A program made the translations under genes and the position numbers. Below, piece after piece: positions 9,408 through 16,431 of a stretch of 32,000 nucleotides of DNA. How positions within the stretch are numbered: position 1 is the first letter of the stretch; each line of letters opens with the position of its first letter. Under the pieces are notes generated by a model. That model had not been told where the DNA came from and searched no databases. It was given only the letters and a program-made list of their open reading frames with translations. Source of the stretch: Candidatus Saccharimonadota bacterium (GTDB taxonomy: Bacteria; Patescibacteriota; Saccharimonadia; Saccharimonadales; UBA4665); the NCBI GenBank assembly GCA_963718045.1, contig OY970350.1, positions 450,001-482,000 on the forward strand. Reading direction: 5' to 3'.

Positions 9408-10259
9408 GTGGGGATCGGTAGTATAAGTATGGCCAGTAAAGACAGTAATATAAAGTCAAAAGATAGGAAATTAAATCAAGGTCAATTAGAAGTATTGTTG
9501 AAGTTGTATAGGTATAGATTCAGTACAAGAGAGTTAATAGCTGATAGTTTAGGTAAGAGTGATATGTCTATCTATTTAAGGTTACAGACACTGATAGCAA
9601 ATGGTTATGTAGCTAGCAGATATGATAAGAGCCATAGACTAAGCGGTAAACCGGCAGCTTATTACTTACTGCCTAAAGGTCTTCGGGCCCTGAAGCAATA
9701 TACCAACCGTGATGATATTACAGATGCAGCTATTAGAAACAGCTATAAAGATAAAGACGAACTTGTTTCAGAGCAGTTTATTGATCATAACCTGGCAGTC
9801 TATGCCATAGGCAACCGGCTACAAGCCTTTCATCCGGACATCAAACAGTTTACGAAACGCGAACTGGTTATATATAACTACTTTCCTAAACAATTGCCTG
9901 ATCTTTATTTATCAATAAAGCTAGGCGATCAAACAAAGCGGCTGTTTCTGGACTTTATTGAAGCCAGTACACCGTCATTTGTGATTGACCGGCAATTGCG
10001 GCAAAAGATTGAGTATTATCAGAATGGCGCCTGGCAGGCTAAGGGCAATTCTTTCCCGCCAATCTTATATGTCTGTGAAACCGGCAGCCTTGAAAAACGA
10101 TTACAGAAACTAGCTAGTAAAGCACTTTACCGGTCTGATACCGATATGCCAGTTTACACGACTACAAAAAATGCACTTGGTAGCGCATCTCCAAAGAACG
10201 GCTTAATCTGGTCAAGCGTTAAAGACCCGGATGAACTTGTTACTCTGATAGTACTTTAG
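9408..10259 (+). CDS. Replication-relaxation family-like protein (wHTH + PD-(D/E)xK-like core)
   Basis: The N-terminus LNQGQLEVLLKLYRYRFSTRELIADSL...LQTLIANGYVASR...YYLLPKGLRAL resembles the Replic_Relax wHTH. Later motifs are HNLAVYAIGNRL and PDLYLSIK...RLFLDFIEAS. Start uncertain (GTG 9408 or ATG 9429). Confidence 0.5.
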   Translation: MGIGSISMASKDSNIKSKDRKLNQGQLEVLLKLYRYRFSTRELIADSLGKSDMSIYLRLQTLIANGYVASRYDKSHRLSGKPAAYYLLPKGLRALKQYTNRDDITDAAIRNSYKDKDELVSEQFIDHNLAVYAIGNRLQAFHPDIKQFTKRELVIYNYFPKQLPDLYLSIKLGDQTKRLFLDFIEASTPSFVIDRQLRQKIEYYQNGAWQAKGNSFPPILYVCETGSLEKRLQKLASKALYRSDTDMPVYTTTKNALGSASPKNGLIWSSVKDPDELVTLIVL

Positions 10260-10292
10260 AGCAGTTTATCGCCTTACTCAGGGCGTAAAGAG

Positions 10293-10562
10293 CTAGTTAT
10301 TCTCGATAACTTCTAGCCAGTTGACTCGGGCTAGAGCAGTACCGAGTAAATCACTCCACAGACTGGCTTCCAGCTCTAAGTCGCACATCTCATCTTGCAA
10401 CTCAGATTCCAGCCACTCGGACTTCGTGACTGTATTGCCGGCTCTCTTACAGGCCGTTTGCAGCAAATCATAACTAGCTGGATCGTTATTTAGCCATAAG
10501 CTTACTAGCCATGTCTCACGGTTCGACCAACCGTTGTATGCAACCGACACTGTGTCATTCAT
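10293..10562 (-). CDS. Hypothetical protein (conserved-looking GWSNRETWLVSLWLNND motif)
   Basis: 89-aa ORF lying 2 nt downstream of the preceding small ORF. Trp-rich motif of a type I associate with phage/plasmid small proteins, but I cannot name the family. Confidence 0.45.
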   Translation of the reverse strand: MNDTVSVAYNGWSNRETWLVSLWLNNDPASYDLLQTACKRAGNTVTKSEWLESELQDEMCDLELEASLWSDLLGTALARVNWLEVIENN

Positions 10563-10564
10563 GG

Positions 10565-10759
10565 CTAGTTACTACCTTTCAGACCGCATAGCTCGCAGTC
10601 ATAATTCTGATTGATAATGTCTGTCAGCTCCTGATCACAGGTTGAATCAACACAATCAGCTAAGTCATAGTACTGGCAGGCACAGACGGCCAGTAGCGCA
10701 TCCTTTTCAAGTGCCAATCTTGCTGGACCGTTATCTACGATTAAATTTGATAAATTCAT
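10565..10759 (-). CDS. Small Cys-rich acidic hypothetical protein
   Basis: The ATG at 10759 is preceded by AAAGGAGAAGAG (a good SD). The track's longer 10810 start has no such signal. 64 aa with 8 Cys (CACQ..C..C..CELC). Confidence 0.45.
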   Translation of the reverse strand: MNLSNLIVDNGPARLALEKDALLAVCACQYYDLADCVDSTCDQELTDIINQNYDCELCGLKGSN

Positions 10760-10800
10760 AACTCTTCTCCTTTTTACTTTACGTAATAAGGAGGAAGGCG

Positions 10801-10876
10801 CAGCCCGCAAGCGATTCTGGCAAGGTGGAGACTAATAAGTACAACCTTGCCAGAATTGATCGGGCTGTACAATTAG
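10801..10876. repeat. Copy A of a ~63-nt hairpin-plus-box element
   Basis: Inner 13-bp perfect stem ATTCTGGCAAGGT (10814-10826) / ACCTTGCCAGAAT (10844-10856) with a 17-nt loop. Outer stem CAGCCCG (10801-07) / CGGGCTG (10861-67). Conserved box TTGATCGGGCTGTACAATTAG. Confidence 0.7.
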
Positions 10877-11104
10877 GCACCTACGTAAAGCAATGCTAGC
10901 TCTCGGCTTAGTGTCTGGTATTTTCTGTCTACGCTGACATTATCCCTTTCTATAATCTTTGAAAGCATATGACAGGCTTGGACAGGTACAGAATAATCAT
11001 TCAGCTTCATAGTTGTGTATTATTCCGTTATATTATTAAATGGTAATTCTGTTAGGTGTTTTTCTAATTAAAATGTTATAGAATTATAGTAATGAGTTAG
11101 TAAT

Positions 11105-12103
11105 ATGATGAAACTTAATTTATTAAAAAAAGTATTTTTGTATTTTGGCGTTTGGCTAGCTTGTTTTTTGCTTATTTTCTCTTCTAAAGTATTTGCCGAT
11201 CCGATATTTACTCTTGTGGGATTATCTGGTGGTACAGAAGTTGATGGTTATTATACCAGTGCTCCAACATATACTGTTCAACTAAGCCCCACATACCCTA
11301 ATTTATGCCAGTCCTCTGACCCAAATTACCTAACGGTTCAAGAAAATCTTCAACCAATGGGAGCGAATATAACTGGTAATTATCAATGGGAATTATTAGA
11401 AGATATGAATAATGACGCTTTGGTTCTAAAAGATTTAACCCAAAACTATGGGACCGACCTTGTTGCTTGTAATTGGAATACGCCTAATCCAAATTACCAA
11501 GTTCTTTGGAGTCAAACAATTCAATACGATGAGAGTAGCCCAACAATTAGTATTACTTCGCCTAGCAATAATACTGACTTTGCTAGTTCTACTAGTCAAA
11601 TCACAGTTTCTGGTACTGTCAGCGACTCAGGGTCTGGTATCCAATCAGTTACAGTTAACGGAGTAAATGCCACCGTCAGTGGTTCAATTTATTCAGCTGC
11701 TGTAAATATAAATTATGGCTTGAATACAATAACTGCTGTTGCTACTAGCAATGTTAACTCAACCACAACCTCACAGCCTATAAGTGTATTTAGGTATGAA
11801 AGCGCCAGTAGTGGCTCTGGAACTAGTAATACTATAACAAACCCAATCCAGCCAGTTACAACCCCTAGTAATACAACAGTTACCCCAACAGTAACAACAA
11901 CCACCCCTACAGTTACATCTACTACAAGCAACAATACCAATATGCAACCGAAAACAACTAATAGCTCTGCAATATCAACTCCAGTTAAAGTTGCTGGCAG
12001 TGTTGGTGTTGCGGGCGGCGCAGGACTAGCAACAGCAAGTTTCTTGGGTTATGTACCTTATAAAAAAATTGGCTTATTGATTTTTAAGATAGTTGGTAAA
12101 TAA
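11105..12103 (+). CDS. Secreted/cell-surface protein with Ig-like domain, Thr-rich stalk and C-terminal membrane anchor
   Basis: Signal peptide (KVFLYFGVWLACFLLIFSSKVFA|DP). Ig-like segment (ISITSPSNNTDF...ITVSGTVSDSGSGIQSVTVNGVNATVSG...NTITAVAT). T/P/S-rich linker. C-terminal hydrophobic segment plus a basic tail. Confidence 0.7.
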   Translation: MMKLNLLKKVFLYFGVWLACFLLIFSSKVFADPIFTLVGLSGGTEVDGYYTSAPTYTVQLSPTYPNLCQSSDPNYLTVQENLQPMGANITGNYQWELLEDMNNDALVLKDLTQNYGTDLVACNWNTPNPNYQVLWSQTIQYDESSPTISITSPSNNTDFASSTSQITVSGTVSDSGSGIQSVTVNGVNATVSGSIYSAAVNINYGLNTITAVATSNVNSTTTSQPISVFRYESASSGSGTSNTITNPIQPVTTPSNTTVTPTVTTTTPTVTSTTSNNTNMQPKTTNSSAISTPVKVAGSVGVAGGAGLATASFLGYVPYKKIGLLIFKIVGK

Positions 12104-12175
12104 AAATTAGGGTTTGTTCTTTGTAGGTACTAATGTTGGAACCCGTTTACTCCCAGAATTATCGTATGCTACCCG

Positions 12176-12200
12176 TAAAGCTCCTGTCAGAAGAGCTTTA
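12176..12200. terminator. Possible bidirectional terminator hairpin between convergent surface-protein genes
   Basis: 8-bp perfect stem TAAAGCTC/GAGCTTTA with a 9-nt loop, followed by a weak T-tract on the plus strand (GGCTTGTTGATTTTG). Confidence 0.3.
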
Positions 12201-12238
12201 GGCTTGTTGATTTTGAACTTATCCATAGCTTAATAATT

Positions 12239-12952
12239 TCAACAACCAGGGTATTCGGTTTTAAGATTAGATTGCTGCTGTTGAAGGCTGCTCAACTGCT
12301 GATCATATTGTGCTGTTAGCGAATTGATTAGGTTTTGCGTTTGTGATGCTGTGGTTCCGTACCCATTACCTGCTGATTCAGCTGTCTGATCAACATTCGC
12401 TAAATCATCTTTCACTACTGTTATCTGTTGATTTAGCGAAGAGAACTGGGAGTCATACGAGCTACAATCAACTGTCGGCGTAGTGCTAGGGGTTGTGGTC
12501 GGTGTTGTAGACGTATTAGTAGTCTGGTTGCTGAGGCTTGACGCATTGATCTGATCTTGTTCTTCCTGGAGTTGGATAGCTTCAGCATTGGCAGTGTCTG
12601 TTTGAGCATTTTGTAAGTCTTGTTCATAATTAGCGCAGTCACTGGCAATAGCTGCATTAGCTGCTTCATTAGCACTGGTGCATATTGAACTAATATTAGT
12701 GGTTGTAGTTGTAGATGAGCCACTTGATGGAGTTGTGCTTGACCCTGAAGATGAATTAGAACTATTTGGTTGCGATATAACACTATCGGATTGTGCCGAT
12801 TGCGTTAGGTTTTTAGACACATTGTTAGAATTGTTAATAGGTATAATCTCTATAGCTGCCACAGCGCCAAAACCTATAATTAGCAAGCCCATAATAAAGG
12901 TGGCATACTTATGCGCAATAACTATATGCTTTACAGCTCGTAGAGCTTTCAT
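12239..12952 (-). CDS. Membrane-anchored S/T/Q/N-rich extracellular protein with paired cysteines
   Basis: N-terminal TM (ATFIMGLLIIGFGAVAAIEII), Ser/Thr-rich tracts, Q/N-rich coiled-coil-like segments, Cys residues, C-terminal EYPGC. SD GGGAGAG upstream of the ATG at 12952. Confidence 0.65.
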   Translation of the reverse strand: MKALRAVKHIVIAHKYATFIMGLLIIGFGAVAAIEIIPINNSNNVSKNLTQSAQSDSVISQPNSSNSSSGSSTTPSSGSSTTTTTNISSICTSANEAANAAIASDCANYEQDLQNAQTDTANAEAIQLQEEQDQINASSLSNQTTNTSTTPTTTPSTTPTVDCSSYDSQFSSLNQQITVVKDDLANVDQTAESAGNGYGTTASQTQNLINSLTAQYDQQLSSLQQQQSNLKTEYPGC

Positions 12953-12984
12953 AACTCTCCCTTTTTATGTCTTAATTGTAGCAT

Positions 12985-13046
12985 TTACAGGCAATGGTGG
13001 AGATAAAAATACTACCTTGCTGGAGTTGATCGGGCTGTGCAATTAG
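12985..13046. repeat. Copy B of the ~63-nt hairpin-plus-box element
   Basis: CAGGCAATGGT-GGAGATAAAAATACT-ACCTTGCTGG hairpin (imperfect) followed by TTGATCGGGCTGTGCAATTAG. The 33-nt right part (13014-13046) matches 10844-10876 at 29/33 positions. Confidence 0.7.
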
Positions 13047-13097
13047 AGACAGCATAAAAAAAATAGCGTTGAGCTAGCTATCTATAAAAGACTGTTT

Positions 13098-14438
13098 TTA
13101 AGGGACTTCTCTTAAAACATTAACTCTAAACTTGTTAGAAATCGACCTACAACGATCGTTTTCTAATACAAATGCTCGTATCCAATGCTTGCCGGCCCAA
13201 CTAACAGCTTCAGTTCTTTGTGGCTGATCGTCAACCATACTATTGGGGTCTTCAAAATGTCCTCGAATCTGAAACGGCACCTCACCCGGGTCATTCATAA
13301 CTTGCCACTTAACAATATGCCCGGGCTGTAACTCTTCGCTTAGCTTAAACTTTAAGCTATCAAGGTTTTGCCGGCTAGTTTCACTATTCAGGTGGCCAAA
13401 AGGCACCGTAAGTTCATACAGGCTACCAGCTATAGAGCCGTTGTCGCAATCTGCCTCAATTTTGTATTGACCGGCATAATCACAATCGAAGTAAATGCCT
13501 TGGTTGCGAAGCGGAAGTTCTTTGAAATGCTTTAAAGTTGCCGGCAAACGATCTCCAAACAAGTCTGTTAGTAATTGATAGTTGTCGGTTTGCGTATACT
13601 GCACGATCGTCCGGCTAATCTTATCAGACAGTTGCTTAATTTTATCTTCTACTTCTTGACCTATGCGTTGCCCCAGATCTTCTGCTTCGTTAACCGGGTT
13701 TAGGACTTGATAATTAGGATCTGAAAGGTTGATTTTAATATTACGGGATAATTCTAAAAGCTCTCTTAGGTAGTGACCATTTTGTTTGAAGATGTAACTG
13801 TCATAGACTAGCCGCTGAAGATAAATAGATGGAACTATAATTCCGTTCATTTGGGCAAGCCTCTTGAAAAGAATGTATAGAGGTCTAAAGGTGGGAGCTG
13901 CTGACGAAGCTGCAAAATTTTTAAACCAGTTTATAAGAGCAACCGGATCACTTAGCTCCCATTGATCTACCGTATTATTACTTACCGCTACGTATCTATG
14001 GCCGTTCATAACTAATATTGGCGTTATATCGAGATGAAATTTTTCGCCACTCGGGCCTTCGGCGTACTGAACCCTCACGCAACGATGTTTAATAGTTGTG
14101 CTTCTGTTTGAGTAGTCCGATGAGGAGCCTAGGGCTTGAGCGATTGATTTTAGGGCGCCGCTGGCCGCCACCCACTTTCGGGATTCTAGCACTACGTCCA
14201 CGTCAAACTCGACCGTTTCATCTTCGTCAATTAGAGGTTGTACGGTAGTTCGAGTAGCAAAAGAACCTTGTTCATAGCAACTAATATCGTCCGGCAGCTC
14301 ATCATTGTTGTCACTGAAAAAGTTACACAAGCCATTGATGGCATCATTAGAACGCTTAAACTGCGATTTGTTTAATATCAACTTATTGAGGTAGAGTTCA
14401 ATTACCCTATCAATCTCGTGTCGATCAATATCGGCCAT
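13098..14438 (-). CDS. SMODS/CD-NTase-like nucleotidyltransferase with C-terminal beta-rich (AGS-C-like?) domain
   Basis: Pol-beta NTase signature in SMODS order: G58-S59 (YEQGSFATRT), D79-x-D81 (EFDVDVVLES), D137 (FHLDITPIL), then QWELSDPVALINWF. The last ~130 aa form a separate domain. AGGAGG SD 5 nt upstream of the ATG. 14-nt overlap with the upstream ORF. Confidence 0.7.
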   Translation of the reverse strand: MADIDRHEIDRVIELYLNKLILNKSQFKRSNDAINGLCNFFSDNNDELPDDISCYEQGSFATRTTVQPLIDEDETVEFDVDVVLESRKWVAASGALKSIAQALGSSSDYSNRSTTIKHRCVRVQYAEGPSGEKFHLDITPILVMNGHRYVAVSNNTVDQWELSDPVALINWFKNFAASSAAPTFRPLYILFKRLAQMNGIIVPSIYLQRLVYDSYIFKQNGHYLRELLELSRNIKINLSDPNYQVLNPVNEAEDLGQRIGQEVEDKIKQLSDKISRTIVQYTQTDNYQLLTDLFGDRLPATLKHFKELPLRNQGIYFDCDYAGQYKIEADCDNGSIAGSLYELTVPFGHLNSETSRQNLDSLKFKLSEELQPGHIVKWQVMNDPGEVPFQIRGHFEDPNSMVDDQPQRTEAVSWAGKHWIRAFVLENDRCRSISNKFRVNVLREVP

Positions 14439-14949
14439 TATCCCTCCTATTTGTTTTATAATACTGCCACCGACGTTTTAATCTAGAAAATGGATTAAAG
14501 AAATCACGAACGTCAGCTAAGAACTTATCAGTGCACTGACTAATGTCGGGATGTTTCTCATTTTCCAATTTTGCGCCGGGGCCTTTGGCTTGACTATCCC
14601 AGGCTTGCTGCATTAAAGGTGCGGTTATTTTTTTAATTTCGACGACGAAGCTCTGATAAGCTTTACCAAACCATATTGATTCTGTTCTTAGTAGGCCAAT
14701 GTAGTAGTCTGTTTTTGTTTGGATATCATGCATTTCATCGCGTATGCTAATAGCATCTTGCTCGGCTAGCGTTTTATCAGCCGAGCGTCTGCTTATGCGG
14801 TAAAGTAATTCTAGTCTGGCCAAAGTTGTTTGATAAGCTTCGGCAATAAGTTCTTTACGACGTAACCGAGTTGCTTGTAATTGCCCAATAAACGCAACTC
14901 CTAAACCACCAGTTATTATACCGATTAGGATATTTTTGAACGTATCCAT
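14425..14949 (-). CDS. Single-pass membrane protein of unknown function (candidate effector/sensor of the NTase operon)
   Basis: N-terminal TM helix FKNILIGIITGGLGVAFIGQL, a helical cytoplasmic part, and a strongly basic C-terminus (FSRLKRRWQYYKTNRRDNGRY). GGAGGG SD upstream of the start. 5-nt gap after the repressor gene. Confidence 0.6.
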   Translation of the reverse strand: MDTFKNILIGIITGGLGVAFIGQLQATRLRRKELIAEAYQTTLARLELLYRISRRSADKTLAEQDAISIRDEMHDIQTKTDYYIGLLRTESIWFGKAYQSFVVEIKKITAPLMQQAWDSQAKGPGAKLENEKHPDISQCTDKFLADVRDFFNPFSRLKRRWQYYKTNRRDNGRY

Positions 14950-14954
14950 ACTAA

Positions 14955-15578
14955 TTAACCCTCCGGTGTAGATAAAACTTGAATGACTTTGCCAGCCACT
15001 ACCGCATCGGGCTGATCAGCTTCATGTAAAAATATAGGTGTATAGTAGTCATCTGTTGACTCAGATATAAAAACAACTTGGTTGTTAAGAGGATCAAAAT
15101 AATAACGCTTAATGTTGGCTAGTCCCTCAACTACTGCCACAACATAGTCACCTGGCTCGGGTTGTGTTGATGCGCTGTCAACAATCACAAAATCACCATC
15201 GTTAATCGGCTGACCGTGGACGCCAGCGCGATTCATTGACGTGCCTTGAGCCCTTAGGGCAAACAGATCATCGTATCTTGTAGTTTGGAGCAGACGTGAG
15301 GAAACTTTAAGATGACCTTCAACTCTTTCGTCCGCGAAAATATCGGCCGGACCGCAGTTTGCCGCACCGACTATAGGAATCGAAACAAGTTTAAATCCAG
15401 ATTTCGATATTAAATTTTTACTATTGAAGTTATATCCTAATTTCTCTAGTCGATCTTTATTGTACTTGACAACCTGAGGGCTTTTTGCGCCAGTGAGAGA
15501 GGCTATTTCACTTAAGCTTAGCTTAGTTACATCACGTTCACGGCTTAGGATGATAATTGCTTGCTGGATTTTATTCAT
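14955..15578 (-). CDS. LexA-like repressor (wHTH + S24 autopeptidase), paralog 1
   Basis: N-terminal HTH (LSLSEIASLTGAKSPQVVKYNKDRLEKLGY), linker IPIVGAANCGPA (Cys-Gly candidate cleavage site), Ser motif AQGTSMNRAG, Lys motif ANIKRY. Confidence 0.8.
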   Translation of the reverse strand: MNKIQQAIIILSRERDVTKLSLSEIASLTGAKSPQVVKYNKDRLEKLGYNFNSKNLISKSGFKLVSIPIVGAANCGPADIFADERVEGHLKVSSRLLQTTRYDDLFALRAQGTSMNRAGVHGQPINDGDFVIVDSASTQPEPGDYVVAVVEGLANIKRYYFDPLNNQVVFISESTDDYYTPIFLHEADQPDAVVAGKVIQVLSTPEG

Positions 15579-15620
15579 AAGGTCAGTATAGCATAAAATA
15601 GTTTTATGGTCGTAGCATTA

Positions 15621-15645
15621 ATTACAATATTAATTATATTGTAAT
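15621..15645. promoter_or_regulatory. Perfect 10-5-10 palindrome in the divergent promoter region: candidate LexA-like operator
   Basis: ATTACAATAT-TAATT-ATATTGTAAT. It lies 43 nt upstream of the repressor ATG (15578) and 106 nt upstream of the HNH gene start (15751). Confidence 0.5.
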
Positions 15646-15750
15646 GCCGCTATAGGTGGTGTTATTATCATAACTGTAGACACTAGTAGTGAGGGTTACT
15701 ACCTGGGGAGCAACACCAAAATAACCCATATTAATTAAGATCCAAAGAAA

Positions 15751-16155
15751 GTGAGCAAATCTATGGACTCAAAAAGCTTAATCCCAACGTCAAATCATAA
15801 CTTACGGAGTTTATTATCACTCCCGGTGGCGGCTAAACCCATAAAACAATATAGCAAAAAAACTGCCGGTGCCGCTTTTAATGAACTCGAGATGGCGGCT
15901 GTATGGAATAAAGCCCTCAGTATACCTGGCTATGATTTGCGGTTATGGCGACGAGACGCGTGTGGGGCACCAATATATCGCTCAAACTATGGTAAAACCG
16001 TTGAAACTGGTTGGGAAATTGATCACATCAACCCTGTCTCAAACGGCGGGGGCGACAACTTGGCAAACTTACAGGCGTTACAGTGGGAAAATAATAGACT
16101 TAAAGCAGATAAACTAACTAATTTGTATTGCGTAGTACCAAAGAGAGGAGCCTAA
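15751..16155 (+). CDS. HNH endonuclease
   Basis: C-terminal His-Me finger GWEIDHINPVSNGGGDNLANLQALQWENNRLKADK. Start ambiguous (GTG 15751 or ATG 15763). Confidence 0.8.
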   Translation: MSKSMDSKSLIPTSNHNLRSLLSLPVAAKPIKQYSKKTAGAAFNELEMAAVWNKALSIPGYDLRLWRRDACGAPIYRSNYGKTVETGWEIDHINPVSNGGGDNLANLQALQWENNRLKADKLTNLYCVVPKRGA

Positions 16156-16157
16156 CT

Positions 16158-16283
16158 ATGCCCTGGCATCTAATAAATGATCCAAAATATAGCCCATTAA
16201 ACCCCATTAAACCCGTGAGGCCATTGAAGCCATTACGACCACTAAAACCTCTACAACCCCTAAGACCACTTAGGCCGGAATGA
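16158..16283 (+). CDS. 41-aa proline-rich micro-ORF with nine tandem P-[LIV]-[KRNQ] tripeptide repeats
   Basis: The ATG lies 2 nt after the HNH stop (TAACTATG) and GAGAGGAG lies upstream. Sequence MPWHLINDPKYS-PLN-PIK-PVR-PLK-PLR-PLK-PLQ-PLR-PLR-PE. Codons vary synonymously between repeats. Confidence 0.4.
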   Translation: MPWHLINDPKYSPLNPIKPVRPLKPLRPLKPLQPLRPLRPE

Positions 16284-16393
16284 TCCAGAATTTTCTACGT
16301 CGTATCAAGCTTACGCGAGCGCAACACATAGACATGAAGATGCTAAGCAAGCTGCGACAATATCTCGACTTGAACATCAAGTTCGTGTATTGA
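16280..16393 (+). CDS. Possible 37-aa basic micro-ORF, ATGA-coupled to the repeat peptide
   Basis: The ATG at 16280 overlaps the TGA at 16281-83. Sequence MIQNFLRRIKLTRAQHIDMKMLSKLRQYLDLNIKFVY. A competing start-less frame (16273-16428) is also open, so the call is weak. Confidence 0.25.
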   Translation: MIQNFLRRIKLTRAQHIDMKMLSKLRQYLDLNIKFVY

Positions 16394-16431
16394 CCGACAA
16401 ACTAGAGTCCAAAAATTCTATAGCTTAACTA

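Noticed and set aside
10760-10810. A 17-codon N-terminal extension (MRAAPSSLLRKVKRRRV) of the small Cys-rich ORF as given in the track.
   Set aside because: The extension starts with a non-ATG codon inside the hairpin element. A strong SD (AAAGGAG) directly precedes the internal ATG at 10759.
12104-12225. A 38-aa minus-strand ORF (MDKFKINKPKALLTGALRVAYDNSGSKRVPTLVPTKNKP) between the two surface-protein genes.
   Set aside because: It is short, has no SD, and spans the putative terminator hairpin. There is no evidence beyond being open.
11448-13046. ORFs 11448-11666, 11713-11940, 12433-12783 and 12678-13046, and the apparent DNA tandem repeats around 11860-11935 and 12690-12760.
   Set aside because: They lie within or antisense to the Thr/Ser-rich low-complexity regions of the two surface-protein genes. 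The repetitiveness is codon-level (ACA/ACC/ACT runs) and not an independent repeat element or gene.
13321-13331. A partial third copy of the repeat box (CGGGCTGTAAC) inside the NTase gene.
   Set aside because: Only about 10 nt match, the site is inside a coding region, and it lacks the hairpin. It is most likely chance.
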